Source: a virus (lineage: Duplodnaviria > Caudoviricetes). From it: 64,000 bases of DNA. A model generated the notes under the pieces. That model did not search any database, was not told the origin of the DNA, and worked only from the letters and a program-made list of their open reading frames with translations. Below are positions 37,084 through 46,831 of this stretch, piece by piece. The DNA is taken from positions 4,660-68,659 of IMG/VR virus record IMGVR_UViG_2862963355_000001. One strand, written 5' to 3'. The position numbers and the translations under genes are program-made. Position 1 is the stretch's first letter; every line of letters starts with the position of its first letter.

Positions 37084-37330
37084 GCCGCAGCCCGCGCATC
37101 GATCGAGAGCGAACGATGCGGCTGGATGATCCGGCCGTCCGGCAGCAGCTCACCGGTGTCCTCGAAGAGCAGGACACCGTTACACAGCAGGCTCCAGCCC
37201 TGCTCAGGGTGGCAGGCCACGGGATGTGCTGCCTCCCGGTCAGTGGCCTCCGCGGCGGGGCAGGCGGGGCGGTGCTGACAACGTGGGTACGCGTCCGGCT
37301 TACGGAATGCCGGTGGCGTGGCGCGTTTTG
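37080..37330 (-). CDS. DUF5999-like small Cys/His protein; start uncertain
   Basis: CQHRPACP...HPEQGWSLLCNGVLLFEDTGELLPDG. Confidence 0.7.
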
Positions 37331-37617
37331 AGCTGGCTCGCACGGCAAGTTGGCCTTTCATCGCTGGGCTGACAGCACTGGGCGTGGCTACCGGCCGCCG
37401 CTCTCCGCGTAAGGAGCGGCGGCCGGGGCCCGGCTCCCTGCGCCGACGGGGACGGCGTACCCACCAGGGAGCGGGCCGCTTCCTCCGCTCTGACCATCCC
37501 GGGACCAGGCCGTGCCCGTGTCGGCGAGCGCAGCGGTCGCTACGGGAGGCGGAGGAAGCCATCTGCGGTCATCTCGGCGCGGGGACAGCGATCCGGCCGC
37601 GCGGAGATGACCTGTTC

Positions 37618-37821
37618 TTAGGGGCCGAGGTGAACGACGTACTGGTAGGTGAGCCAGCCGACGACACCGATGGTGAAGGAACCGATCACGGCGGCCTGGC
37701 CGAGGCCGAATCCAGTGCTGCCGATCGCCTTGTCGTGGTTACGAAGGAGCGTCTGGTAGGGGTGCCTGATCGCCCAGCGCAGGCGCGGCAATCGGCGTTT
37801 CCTTCGGTGCGCGGCACTCAT
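37618..37821 (-). CDS. Small membrane protein
   Basis: MSAAHRRKRRL... basic N-terminus with a C-terminal TM segment. Confidence 0.45.
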   Translation of the reverse strand: MSAAHRRKRRLPRLRWAIRHPYQTLLRNHDKAIGSTGFGLGQAAVIGSFTIGVVGWLTYQYVVHLGP

Positions 37822-37894
37822 GATCGCCTCCCCCACTTCGAGCCGAAGAGTGCGAGGAGTCCGAACACGGCCACAACGCCTAAGCCGATGGACG

Positions 37895-38110
37895 TCACGA
37901 CACTCGCTCCTCGCTGGTGAGGACGCGGTGCAGGCGGCGCCAGGTCCGGGGAGCGTCCGGGACGTGGAAGAAGTCGGGTGCGCGCTCCTCCAGCTCGTGT
38001 CGCGCGTCGAGCTGTTCCATCGCCTGCTGAGGCGTACGGACCGGCAAGGGTACGTACGCGGTGTCCGGCTGAATGATCCGGGACGTGGTATCGCGGCGTC
38101 CCTCAAGCAT
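37895..38110 (-). CDS. Small hypothetical protein
   Basis: GGAGG RBS; first gene divergent from the XRE regulator. Confidence 0.5.
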   Translation of the reverse strand: MLEGRRDTTSRIIQPDTAYVPLPVRTPQQAMEQLDARHELEERAPDFFHVPDAPRTWRRLHRVLTSEERVS

Positions 38111-38488
38111 GGGTTGCCTCCACGGTGTTGGTTTGATGTGCCGGCTGCCAGTCGCATGGCACGTGGGTGAGGAATCGGAGCCGGAGCGCAGCCGCGCTCA
38201 TCGGACAGGGACGGATCTTCTTCTCCGCCACCCACGCGAACCGCACTGCACGGCGCGCTCCGGCCGCCGGCGCGGGCTCGCCTCCCCCAGGAGATCGCCC
38301 CCCGCCGACACAACTACGTTGGCGCTTATGCGGGTTCATCGGCAACCGAATCTGCGGTGAATATTCAACTGAAGACACATTGGTATATGCCGAGATCCGC
38401 ACAAGGGGCTGCGGGGCCCGCACACGGGATGCCACACTCTGCGCACACCAGCAGGTGATCCGCACAGCGGTATGGGGAGGGCGCACAA

Positions 38489-39385
38489 GTGGCAGCGAAG
38501 CGTGGGGCAACCGGACGACGTCTGGAACTCGGGCTCCAGCTCCGGCAGATGCGGGAAAGCATCGTCATGAAGACCGGCAAGCCGATGACGCGCAAGGCCG
38601 CCGTCACCGGCACAAAGCTCTCCGAGGCCGCGCTACAGCGCATCGAGACAGGCGCCCTGAACTTCCGGAACGTCGGTGACCTACGCAAGTTGCTGGACAA
38701 GTACGGCGTCACGGACGAGGAGGTCATCGAGACCCTTGTCGAACTGAACCGCGACTCGTCGAACCAGGACTGGGTGACCCGCTACCGCAGAGTCATGCAG
38801 GCCGGTATGCCGACCTTCGTGGGAGTCGAGTCGGAGGCGCGGGAGATCCGCGTGTACCAACCGACGGCAGTCCATGGCCTGTTGCAGACCGAGGGTTATG
38901 CTCAGGCCATATTCGACATCGGGAAGCCGGTCGAGGAGACCACCACGGAGTTCTGCCGCCAGAACGTCGCACTTCGCATGGAGCGCAAGGAGAGGGTCCT
39001 ACGGCGAGAGCCCGATCCGGTCAAGCTGTGGGTGATCCTGGGTGAGGCGGCGCTGCGCCACATCGTTGGGGACGTAGAGGTGATGCGTGAGCAGTACGAA
39101 GAGATCACGAAGCTGGCTGCACTCGATCATGTAGCGATTCAAGTGCTCCCCCTCGCCGGCCGGGGCTACCGCGCATCCCACGACTTCGCCATCCTCGACC
39201 TTGGCGATGGTCTGCCACCGATGGTGCAGATCGACACCGCCTGGGGTGCCGTCTCGACCTCCGACAAGCCACGCGAGGTCGATAGGTTCAAGCGCCGATT
39301 CGACACGATGATGTCCTCGGCGCTCCCGCCAGAGGACACCGCCGAGTTCATGCAACGACTAGACCGAGAGTTGAAGAGCCATTAA
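38489..39385 (+). CDS. XRE-family HTH regulator with a DUF5753 domain (Scr1/WhiJ-like)
   Basis: RRLELGLQLRQMRE...LQRIETG; VHGLLQTEGYA; WVILGEAALR. Confidence 0.9.
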   Translation: MAAKRGATGRRLELGLQLRQMRESIVMKTGKPMTRKAAVTGTKLSEAALQRIETGALNFRNVGDLRKLLDKYGVTDEEVIETLVELNRDSSNQDWVTRYRRVMQAGMPTFVGVESEAREIRVYQPTAVHGLLQTEGYAQAIFDIGKPVEETTTEFCRQNVALRMERKERVLRREPDPVKLWVILGEAALRHIVGDVEVMREQYEEITKLAALDHVAIQVLPLAGRGYRASHDFAILDLGDGLPPMVQIDTAWGAVSTSDKPREVDRFKRRFDTMMSSALPPEDTAEFMQRLDRELKSH

Positions 39386-39392
39386 CACTCAC

Positions 39393-39611
39393 ATGCACCA
39401 CCCCACGGCCCCTGAACTGGCGCCCGAGAGCGCCTGGTACAAGTCGTCGTACAGCAGCGGCGACACGGGCAACTGCATCGAGATTGTCAACCTGAGCAGT
39501 CAGATCGGCATCCGCGACTCCAAAGACACGAGCGGACCGGCGCTCGTCGTGTCGACTGCCGCGTGGTCGTCGTTCGTAGACCTCGTGCGTTCAGGTGATG
39601 TCGACCTGTAG
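39393..39611 (+). CDS. DUF397 domain protein (Scr2-like partner)
   Basis: WYKSSYS...GNCIEI...IRDSKD...GPAL...AWSSF. Confidence 0.92.
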   Translation: MHHPTAPELAPESAWYKSSYSSGDTGNCIEIVNLSSQIGIRDSKDTSGPALVVSTAAWSSFVDLVRSGDVDL

Positions 39612-39620
39612 TCATGGCAC

Positions 39621-39659
39621 GGAGTGGTCCTCCCCAGGGGATTTGGGGAGGACCACTCC
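39621..39659. terminator. Bidirectional terminator hairpin between DUF397 and the minor capsid gene
   Basis: GGAGTGGTCCTCCCCA-GGGGATT-TGGGGAGGACCACTCC. Confidence 0.8.
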
Positions 39660-39697
39660 GCGTCTGCGCTTCACCTGACGTACGGGTCCGACAATCG

Positions 39698-40570
39698 TCA
39701 GGTCGCAGGTGGAGCGTACGCATGTTCTGACCTCTTGTCCCCATCGCTGCGCTGCCGCGGTAGCTGGACATCCGGCCTGGGGCCGAAGGCCCGTCGACAG
39801 CGGGGATGCGAGATGGGCCACTCTGCTGCGTCCTCGACGGCGCGGAGCGTTCCGGCCGCCTTATCCGCGTCCTGGTGAGAAGTCCACCCGCAGTCGGAGC
39901 CGTCGAAGACCTCAACGAAGCTGACACCGGCCTGACGAGACCTGTTGAGGGTGCCCGCGTTATAGGCGACGGCCGACTTCGCGAGCGTGGCGGCCTCGGC
40001 CCATGCCCGCACCGGGACGCGGGCTCCGTTGCGGTAGATGACGTGCGTCAGCTTGTGCTTCGCGGCGAGCCGGTTCGCGAGGTTCTTCGCGGCCCGCTTC
40101 GCGGTCATGTTGCCCGCTGCCAGCAGTGGCACTTCGCGGCGAGCAGCCTGCCGCACTGCCCGGTAGAACTGGCTGGCCATCCGTTCGGCTTCCTCGGAGC
40201 GGCGCAGGAAGTCGGCGTAGGAGTCTGCTGCGAGCGACTGCAGTGCGTCACGGTGGAACGTGGTCCAGGTGAAGGTCACGCCCAGGGCCTCGGCAGCCGT
40301 CCGCCCGCCCTCTTCGTACAGATGAGGGAGCTGCCGCTGTACGAACTGCCGGGCCTCTTGATCCACGCGCTGCCGGAAGTCCCTGATCGCCTGCTTGAAC
40401 TCCTCCAGAGTCGCCAGGGTGTAGGGAGTACGCGGATTGTCCGCGAACTTGGCGATCACCTCCCGCTGTTTGGCCTCCAGGCGCTGCCAGGCGTCCTCGA
40501 GTACGGCTGCGACGCGGCGCGCGATCTCATCGGGGTCGCCGGGTATCAGTGGCGGCCACTCGTACGGCAT
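39698..40570 (-). CDS. Phage minor capsid protein (MuF-like)
   Basis: VEVFDGSDCGW...PISHPRCRR C-terminal motif. Confidence 0.75.
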   Translation of the reverse strand: MPYEWPPLIPGDPDEIARRVAAVLEDAWQRLEAKQREVIAKFADNPRTPYTLATLEEFKQAIRDFRQRVDQEARQFVQRQLPHLYEEGGRTAAEALGVTFTWTTFHRDALQSLAADSYADFLRRSEEAERMASQFYRAVRQAARREVPLLAAGNMTAKRAAKNLANRLAAKHKLTHVIYRNGARVPVRAWAEAATLAKSAVAYNAGTLNRSRQAGVSFVEVFDGSDCGWTSHQDADKAAGTLRAVEDAAEWPISHPRCRRAFGPRPDVQLPRQRSDGDKRSEHAYAPPAT

Positions 40571-40577
40571 AGCCGCT

Positions 40578-40904
40578 CTACCTTGTACGCCGAGACGGCA
40601 GGAGCGGCGCGGTGACCAGGTCGGCGCTGGCCTCTCCTGCCGCCGGATCATCCGGGGCGACGAGTTCAGTGAGGCCCGTGATCTGGCGCTCCAGTCCGGC
40701 AAGGTTGTTGCTCTGATCGATAGTGACCACGCCGTCAACGGTCATGCGCAGCGGTTCAGCGAGCAGCTTGGCACGGCGTTCGGCAAGAACCTCTGCGGCG
40801 ACCGCGCGGGCTCGTCCGAGTCGGGCGTAGCGGGCGGCGAGGTCTTGTTCGTCCGTGGCGGTGCCGAGCTGCGCCCGGAGCCAGGCGAGGAGGATCGGGT
40901 CCAT
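40578..40904 (-). CDS. Putative head-tail adaptor
   Basis: Small helical protein after the capsid genes. Confidence 0.5.
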   Translation of the reverse strand: MDPILLAWLRAQLGTATDEQDLAARYARLGRARAVAAEVLAERRAKLLAEPLRMTVDGVVTIDQSNNLAGLERQITGLTELVAPDDPAAGEASADLVTAPLLPSRRTR

Positions 40905-40975
40905 CAGTGCTCCTGGATGGCCGTGGCCCGCCCCCACCAAGGCGGGGCGGGGACGGGCTGAGGTGTCGTGTGCTC

Positions 40976-41269
40976 TTACTCGTCGGCGTCGGCGGCCTTC
41001 CTGCGCCGCCTCGGTGCCGGCGCCGTCGGTTCGGGCTCGGGCTCGGGCTCGGGCGGCGCGGTAAAGCCGAAGGGCTTCTGCTCGTCCTTCTTCGGCTCGT
41101 CCGGCTCGGACTCCTCCGGGCCGGGCGACGGCTCGTCGTTCTCCCAGGCATCCGGATTGGTGATCTCGGCGGCCAGGTCGTCGTCAGGCTCGTCACCCGG
41201 CTCCAGCACGATCCACTCGCGCGAAGTCGGGTGCTGGACGTGGACGGCGGTGGCGAGGCGGCGACCCAT
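40976..41269 (-). CDS. Small capsid-associated protein with a low-complexity PE-rich tail
   Basis: Directly after the major capsid gene. Confidence 0.55.
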   Translation of the reverse strand: MGRRLATAVHVQHPTSREWIVLEPGDEPDDDLAAEITNPDAWENDEPSPGPEESEPDEPKKDEQKPFGFTAPPEPEPEPEPTAPAPRRRRKAADADE

Positions 41270-42324
41270 CAGATCACCTTGGCCACGATGTGAGCGTCCG
41301 GCGTGTGCAGCACGGGCATGCCGACCGCCGCACCCTTGGTCCAGATCTGAACGGGGTCATCCTGAGCGCCGCGGGTGATGATGATGCCCGGACGGTCCTC
41401 CTTGGTAATCTCCGGGTTCGTCCCGCGCGAGAGCGCCAGGCCCTCGGCAGTCACACCGAAGATCGTCTGCCCCCACTTCGTACGGTCCGGCGGCAGCATG
41501 ATCCACCGGTCCTCCGGGAGCACCTTGGTCTGGACACCGTCGACACGCACCTGCCCCTTGTAGAAGGTGATCGGGGGCAGGCCGTAGTTGTCGCGGACCA
41601 CATTGATCTGCTGCGGGGTGAGCGTCGCGGTCGGAGTGTTCGACGGGTTCACCGAGCCGTAGTAGGCGGCGCGGTAGGCATTGTTTGCGGCGAGGAAGCT
41701 GTACGCCTTCCGGCTGGTGACCACCATGTCGGGGAACGGAGCGCCCCGGTCATCGAGGTATTGGATCCACGCCAGCTCGTCCTTGATTGGGTCCGAGGTG
41801 GGGTCCGACCACAGCTTGGGCGCGGTCGGCAGGTTGCCCGCCGGCACGCCCCAGTCGACCTCGATCGTCAGGCCGTTCTCCGCGTTGAGCGAGAACCTCC
41901 CGTCCACCAGGACGTCGCCCCACGCGAGTTCGACACGGGAGCGGATCGCCTCGACATGCCGCTCGGTGTCGTCGTACAGCAGCTCGATCAGCCGGTCCTC
42001 GTCCGCGCCGCGGGACGCCTCCAGCAGCACCTGCTCCTGCTCGCCGACGAGCAGCTTCTGTCCGAGCGGTGGCAGCATGCCCTCGCGGGTGGTCTGCCAC
42101 GCCTCGCGGGTCGCGAACGGCACGCTGGCGTCGAACGCGCGGTACTTGGCGACGTTGACGTACCGGCCGTTGTCCTTGACCCGCCACTTCACCTCGTCCT
42201 GCTCCAGCGTCGGGATGATCCCGCCGTCCTTGGTGAGCAGGTGGTCCTTCTGTGACGGGATGGCGCGGGCGAATGTCGTGAGGTCGCGGGCGGCGACGTT
42301 CTTGATCAGGTCCTGAATGGTCAT
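41269..42324 (-). CDS. Major capsid protein (lambda gpE-like)
   Basis: 351 aa; DWGVP..N...W; follows scaffold and decoration genes. Confidence 0.88.
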   Translation of the reverse strand: MTIQDLIKNVAARDLTTFARAIPSQKDHLLTKDGGIIPTLEQDEVKWRVKDNGRYVNVAKYRAFDASVPFATREAWQTTREGMLPPLGQKLLVGEQEQVLLEASRGADEDRLIELLYDDTERHVEAIRSRVELAWGDVLVDGRFSLNAENGLTIEVDWGVPAGNLPTAPKLWSDPTSDPIKDELAWIQYLDDRGAPFPDMVVTSRKAYSFLAANNAYRAAYYGSVNPSNTPTATLTPQQINVVRDNYGLPPITFYKGQVRVDGVQTKVLPEDRWIMLPPDRTKWGQTIFGVTAEGLALSRGTNPEITKEDRPGIIITRGAQDDPVQIWTKGAAVGMPVLHTPDAHIVAKVI

Positions 42325-42337
42325 CGTCGGCCGCCTC

Positions 42338-42757
42338 TCACACGTACCGGATCTGCGGACCGGTCACCGACGGGGTGACCTTGGTGGTGTCGATGCCGCC
42401 AGGGACCTTCGCGGCCACGACGACTCCGTGCCACAGCAGTGCGGCAGGGACCTTCGTTGCGGTCGGCGCGAACAGCACCTCGGCGAAGACGTGACCGGCG
42501 AGGCTCTGGCGGCCGTCGGTCGCCGTCGGATCGAAGGCTCCGTACAGGCCGCTCGCGGTGATCTTGCCGACGGGTACGCCGGACAGCACCCGGCTATACG
42601 GCTGGTTGGTGTCGGCCGACGCGGCGGTGTGCGTGCCGGCGGTCAGCTTCGAGATGTCGAGCGTGATGGTCTCGGTGGAGTCGGTGCCGTGCAGCGCCGC
42701 GAGCCAGGCCCGGTCGGCGGTGTACGAGGTCGACGTGGTGATGGGCTGGAGTGTCAC
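42338..42757 (-). CDS. Head decoration protein (gpD-like)
   Basis: SGVPVGKITASGLYG..D...DGRQ motif; between scaffold and MCP. Confidence 0.8.
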   Translation of the reverse strand: MTLQPITTSTSYTADRAWLAALHGTDSTETITLDISKLTAGTHTAASADTNQPYSRVLSGVPVGKITASGLYGAFDPTATDGRQSLAGHVFAEVLFAPTATKVPAALLWHGVVVAAKVPGGIDTTKVTPSVTGPQIRYV

Positions 42758-42906
42758 AGCCGTCCTCCCGTGGACGTGAAGCGAATCGGATTCGCGCACT
42801 CACCTGGTGGTGGCGCCGTCCACGGGAGGAGTGAGGGGCGTGGTCCCCATGTCCGGCTATCCCGCCGGTGGGGTCATGGTGTGCGCCATGACGTCGCTGA
42901 ACCTGG

Positions 42907-43596
42907 TCAGTCGGAGGTGATGAAGCCCCGACGCCGAGCCATTTCCAGCCCGGCCGCGCCGGGCTTGGGCGGCACGCCGCCACGGGACGGCGGCCCGCCG
43001 GCGGGAGATCCGCCAGGAGCGGGCGGTGTGGTCTCGCGGGTCTGGCCGAACAGCTCCGGTCGCCGCTCCTTCAACTGCTCGGCAGCCGCGGCGACTGCGT
43101 CCTCGTCGACATCGGGCTGGTCGTCAAGGGCCCGGTCGATGAGGAGTACTGCGTCGCTGAGGTCGTCTCCGGCTGCGCCAAGTCCGGCGAGAGCCGCACG
43201 TCGGATGGCGGCGCGCTCCCTGGCTGCGGCCTGGGCCTCGCGAGCCTCAGCCGCCCTCAGCTTCTCCTCGGCGGCCTGCTCTCGGCGTTCCACCTCCGAC
43301 AGCGCGGCCTGTTCGGCGTCGCGCTTCGTGGTGATGAACTCGGTCAGCGCCTCGGAGTTGTCGAAGCCGAGATCGCCAAGCAGCTTCTTCACGGCTGCGC
43401 GTCCGCCCTGCGTCTTTTCGCGGGCCAGCAGCCGAGACAGATCCTCCTGCGAGACGGCACCGCCCGGTGCCCCACCGTCGCCTTCGGGCTCGTTGGAGTC
43501 ATTCTCCAGGGAAGCTCCGAGGATCGGGTAGATCGGTCGCCCGTCACGGCGGCGCCCGAGCGGCACAAAGGGGTTAGGGAGCGAAGGGCGCGTCAT
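42907..43596 (-). CDS. Capsid scaffolding protein
   Basis: Acidic coiled coil with a Gly/Pro tail; precedes decoration and MCP. Confidence 0.7.
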   Translation of the reverse strand: MTRPSLPNPFVPLGRRRDGRPIYPILGASLENDSNEPEGDGGAPGGAVSQEDLSRLLAREKTQGGRAAVKKLLGDLGFDNSEALTEFITTKRDAEQAALSEVERREQAAEEKLRAAEAREAQAAARERAAIRRAALAGLGAAGDDLSDAVLLIDRALDDQPDVDEDAVAAAAEQLKERRPELFGQTRETTPPAPGGSPAGGPPSRGGVPPKPGAAGLEMARRRGFITSD

Positions 43597-43736
43597 GCGT
43601 GAACCATCCACAGGTCTCCAGCGCCCCCACGCCGATGATCAGTCTAGCGATCTGCTGGACGGGGCTGCTTCCTGATGCACTCGGCAGCGCACGTCGGGCG
43701 AAGCCCGTGATACCGGGCTCGAGCGGATGGTTCCCA

Positions 43737-44711
43737 TCACGCTTCCGGAAGAGGAGTAATGGCATGCACGATTGTGGCAGCGTGATCACAAGCGGCCCGA
43801 ACTTCGGCCCATGTGGGTCGCACCCCCGCATGAGCAGCCCGATTCCTGACGTTGGCGAGTTGCGCGCCAAGCTTGTTCTTGGACACACCTGGATCCGCGC
43901 CCAGCTCCGTACAAAGGCTGTGCAGATTCATCAGTCCATTAACACCCTTGATCACCTCATCGATGAATGACGCACCTATGCCCCTGGAGGTGAGTTCGCG
44001 AGTGATGTAGCCACCCATCGCCACCTCGACGGCCGTGGCCGCATCAACAACTGCTTTGCGGGGCATGGCCCCAATCTTCGCCTCCACAGCTTCGAGCAGC
44101 GTGCGGTGCTCAGGCGGGAGCAACTCCCCATCAGACGCACGTCGCATCGCACCCGCAACTTGGTCTCGATTGAGGGGCCTTGGCCAAACATATACACCGC
44201 GTTCCCTCGGCCCGTTGCTAACTACCTCCCCTTGATCGTCCACGACGTGAACAGCGGAAGGGCGGTACGGGTCGAAGTCCTGCATCGGCTCACCACTCCA
44301 CGCACAGGCCCATTCCTGGAAGATGCGGAACCACGTGAAGAACTTGTTACCGAGATCACGAACAGGCTCTTCCAGCAGGTCCTGTTCATGTTCGAGGATC
44401 GGCGAGATGGCTACTGCCTCGACATAGCAGATGCGTTGCGTGCTGCGATACCCCCACGCATCCGTGGAGGTGCGCAGCAGGGCCTTGGGCAGAGCCTCGC
44501 CGGTCACGTCAGGCGGAGCGATAAGTCGGTCCAGCCGCCCAAGGCGGTCAGGGGGTGGGGTGAACTGGGCTTCACCTTCGAGGACGGGAAGAGTAACCGT
44601 GACTTGGTGTCTTCCGATCGTCACGTCAAAGGCAAGACCCAGCACCTCCACATCAACGGGTACAGGGCGCGGGAACTGAGCTATGCCGGGGTACCGGTGG
44701 TGGGACGACAT
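43737..44711 (-). CDS. HEPN-domain protein (ApeA-like architecture); candidate anti-phage RNase
   Basis: C-terminal AVVDAATAVE...VRNRAAH (R-x4-H); visibly lower GC than the flanks. Confidence 0.65.
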   Translation of the reverse strand: MSSHHRYPGIAQFPRPVPVDVEVLGLAFDVTIGRHQVTVTLPVLEGEAQFTPPPDRLGRLDRLIAPPDVTGEALPKALLRTSTDAWGYRSTQRICYVEAVAISPILEHEQDLLEEPVRDLGNKFFTWFRIFQEWACAWSGEPMQDFDPYRPSAVHVVDDQGEVVSNGPRERGVYVWPRPLNRDQVAGAMRRASDGELLPPEHRTLLEAVEAKIGAMPRKAVVDAATAVEVAMGGYITRELTSRGIGASFIDEVIKGVNGLMNLHSLCTELGADPGVSKNKLGAQLANVRNRAAHAGVRPTWAEVRAACDHAATIVHAITPLPEA

Positions 44712-44762
44712 GCACTCGATTATCCGATGCGCAGCCACCGTCAGGCTCAGAGTTCCCTCAAC

Positions 44763-46595
44763 TCACTCACCACGCGCTCCGGCTGGAATCATGGACGTGC
44801 TCGGCAGCTCCGGGGCGGGCTCGGGCAGCCCCAGGTATTCACGAACAGCGGCATTGTCTCCGGTGGCGTCGGCGAGTCGCGCAGCAGCATCGAAGGCGCG
44901 GGCCTGGATTCGCTCGATCTCCGCCTGAGCGTCATCGATGGGATACCCAGCATCGATCAGCATTCGGACGCCGGTCTCGACGGACAGCACACCGGCGCCC
45001 ACGCCCTTGACCACCTCGTCGAGAACGGCAGCACGGTCGGTGGGGGTGTGCGGCCCCCACATCAAGCGGGCGGGCAGAGACTCCCCCGCGGGCCAGCCCT
45101 CGGCCTGCCCGGCCTGATGCAGTCGCTGGACCATGCGCAGCAGGATGACGTACTTGTGGTTGCGAGCCAGGCGCATAGCCGCGACCAAGGAGTCCAGCGG
45201 GCCGAGGGCCAGCTGTAGGGCGTAGCCGGATGGCAGGGCTGTTGGGTCGAGCGTGCCCAGGCCGGCCGCCGTGAGGCGGCTGTTCGCGGCGATCCGGTCG
45301 AGGATGTGGTCGACGCGGGCGCGCAGCTCGGCGAGTTGGGCGGAGGTGTCCAGGACGTCCATGCGCCCGTTGTCGTTGAGCTGCCAGACCGTCCCGGCCC
45401 TGACCTTAACCGGGAGAGGCTGGCCGGTGGCGCGGTCGATGGGAAGCCGTGCCCCGGCCAGGCCGATGATCGGCGAGCCGGTGGTGGCTGATGCTCCGGA
45501 GCTGTCGGTGTCGGTGGCGGACAGCTCGTCCAGGGCCTGGAGGACGGTGGCGACGGTGGGCTTGCCCCAGTGCTCGCCGCTGGCCGGGATGGAGTTGGTG
45601 ACGTGGACGAGGGGAATGAAGTCCACCATCAGGTCGAGCCGGTCGAGGACTTCACCGTCTGATCGGACCCGGTAGGTGGCCTTGTGCATGGGCAAGTCGT
45701 AGAGGAAGTCGGCGTACTTGAGGTCGTCCAACTCCCATTCGGCATCGGTGAGGTAGCACGTCCAAGGGGTCGGACGACCCGGTGCCCACGGGTAGGTGCG
45801 GGTGATCACGCCGGCGTCGCCATTGAGAGAGTCGCCCCTGCTGAGGACTGGCTCGCCGTCGTCGGCGTAGATGTACTCGCGCACGGCATTGCCGTTCTTC
45901 GCTGTGCCGCGTCGGCTGGCGGGGGCGATCGGGCCCAGTTCGTAGGTGACGCGGCGGAGCCTGGCTTTCAGGCCGCGCCGCTTGTCCTCCGGCAGCTCCC
46001 AGGCCAGATGGACACGCATGGGGAACTCGGCGCCATCCTGCTCGCCGTCCTCAGGCCACTCCGGGAAGTACAGGCCCGGATCCCACGTGCGCAGCAGCAC
46101 GCGGCCCTTCGCCGGCTCCCAGGCAAGGCTGTAAACCGCGTCGCCCAGCAGGATCGCGGTCCGCTCCGCCTGCTGGATGCGCAGGGGCAACAGCTCCTTC
46201 TCCGCCCACGCCCTCAAATTGTTCTGTACCGCCAGTGCCATGGCGGCCTCGTCCGTGGGTTCGTCATCAGCATGCTCCGCACCTGCGACCGTGATGGTTT
46301 GCTCGGAGCCGAGGAGGTAGCCGAGCGCAGTGTCGACGAGCTTCGAGGCGTCGCCGAGTTCGCGCCGCTCGGTGCCGGCTTCGTCGTCGCCGGTTATCGC
46401 GGCGACCTGGCCGGCCTGGTTGGAGTCGTACGCGGCCAGCAGACGGTACGCGGCGAGGCGCCGCAGGTCCTCGTCGGGAACCCAGGATGAGGTCAGCTCC
46501 GCCCAGGCGTTGCGTCCCGGTCGGCGTGGATCGGCCATGACTGGCTTGTAGTCCAGCCAGCTCCAGACGTCGGTGATCAGCTCACGCAGGCCCAC
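44763..46595 (-). CDS. Portal protein
   Basis: 610 aa, downstream of TerL and upstream of the scaffold; FIPLVHVTN...HWG motif. Confidence 0.78.
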   Translation of the reverse strand: MGLRELITDVWSWLDYKPVMADPRRPGRNAWAELTSSWVPDEDLRRLAAYRLLAAYDSNQAGQVAAITGDDEAGTERRELGDASKLVDTALGYLLGSEQTITVAGAEHADDEPTDEAAMALAVQNNLRAWAEKELLPLRIQQAERTAILLGDAVYSLAWEPAKGRVLLRTWDPGLYFPEWPEDGEQDGAEFPMRVHLAWELPEDKRRGLKARLRRVTYELGPIAPASRRGTAKNGNAVREYIYADDGEPVLSRGDSLNGDAGVITRTYPWAPGRPTPWTCYLTDAEWELDDLKYADFLYDLPMHKATYRVRSDGEVLDRLDLMVDFIPLVHVTNSIPASGEHWGKPTVATVLQALDELSATDTDSSGASATTGSPIIGLAGARLPIDRATGQPLPVKVRAGTVWQLNDNGRMDVLDTSAQLAELRARVDHILDRIAANSRLTAAGLGTLDPTALPSGYALQLALGPLDSLVAAMRLARNHKYVILLRMVQRLHQAGQAEGWPAGESLPARLMWGPHTPTDRAAVLDEVVKGVGAGVLSVETGVRMLIDAGYPIDDAQAEIERIQARAFDAAARLADATGDNAAVREYLGLPEPAPELPSTSMIPAGARGE

Positions 46596-46831
46596 TGTGC
46601 CCCTCCAGGCAGTCGGCCCCGCGCCGCAGGCAACACCCTACGTGCCCGATGCCCACCCCCCAAGGCCGTACATAACGACTCGATAACACCTAGGGCGGGT
46701 GCACAGGATCTTTTGCGGGGCTTTCGACGCATAAGCGCAGTTCAAGTAACCGCGTTCTTCAGGTGATGACCCGAGGTCACCCTCTTTCATCACGGTGACT
46801 GCGCTAGCCTTCATGGCACGGGAGGTGGACG

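Noticed and set aside
26034-39698. Cargo block as a separate transposon or ICE
   Set aside because: No transposase, own integrase or terminal/target-site repeats were seen at its edges, so it is treated as recombination-acquired cargo
41030-41060. Short tandem repeat (GGCTCG)n
   Set aside because: Simply encodes the low-complexity PEPEPE linker of a small capsid-associated protein
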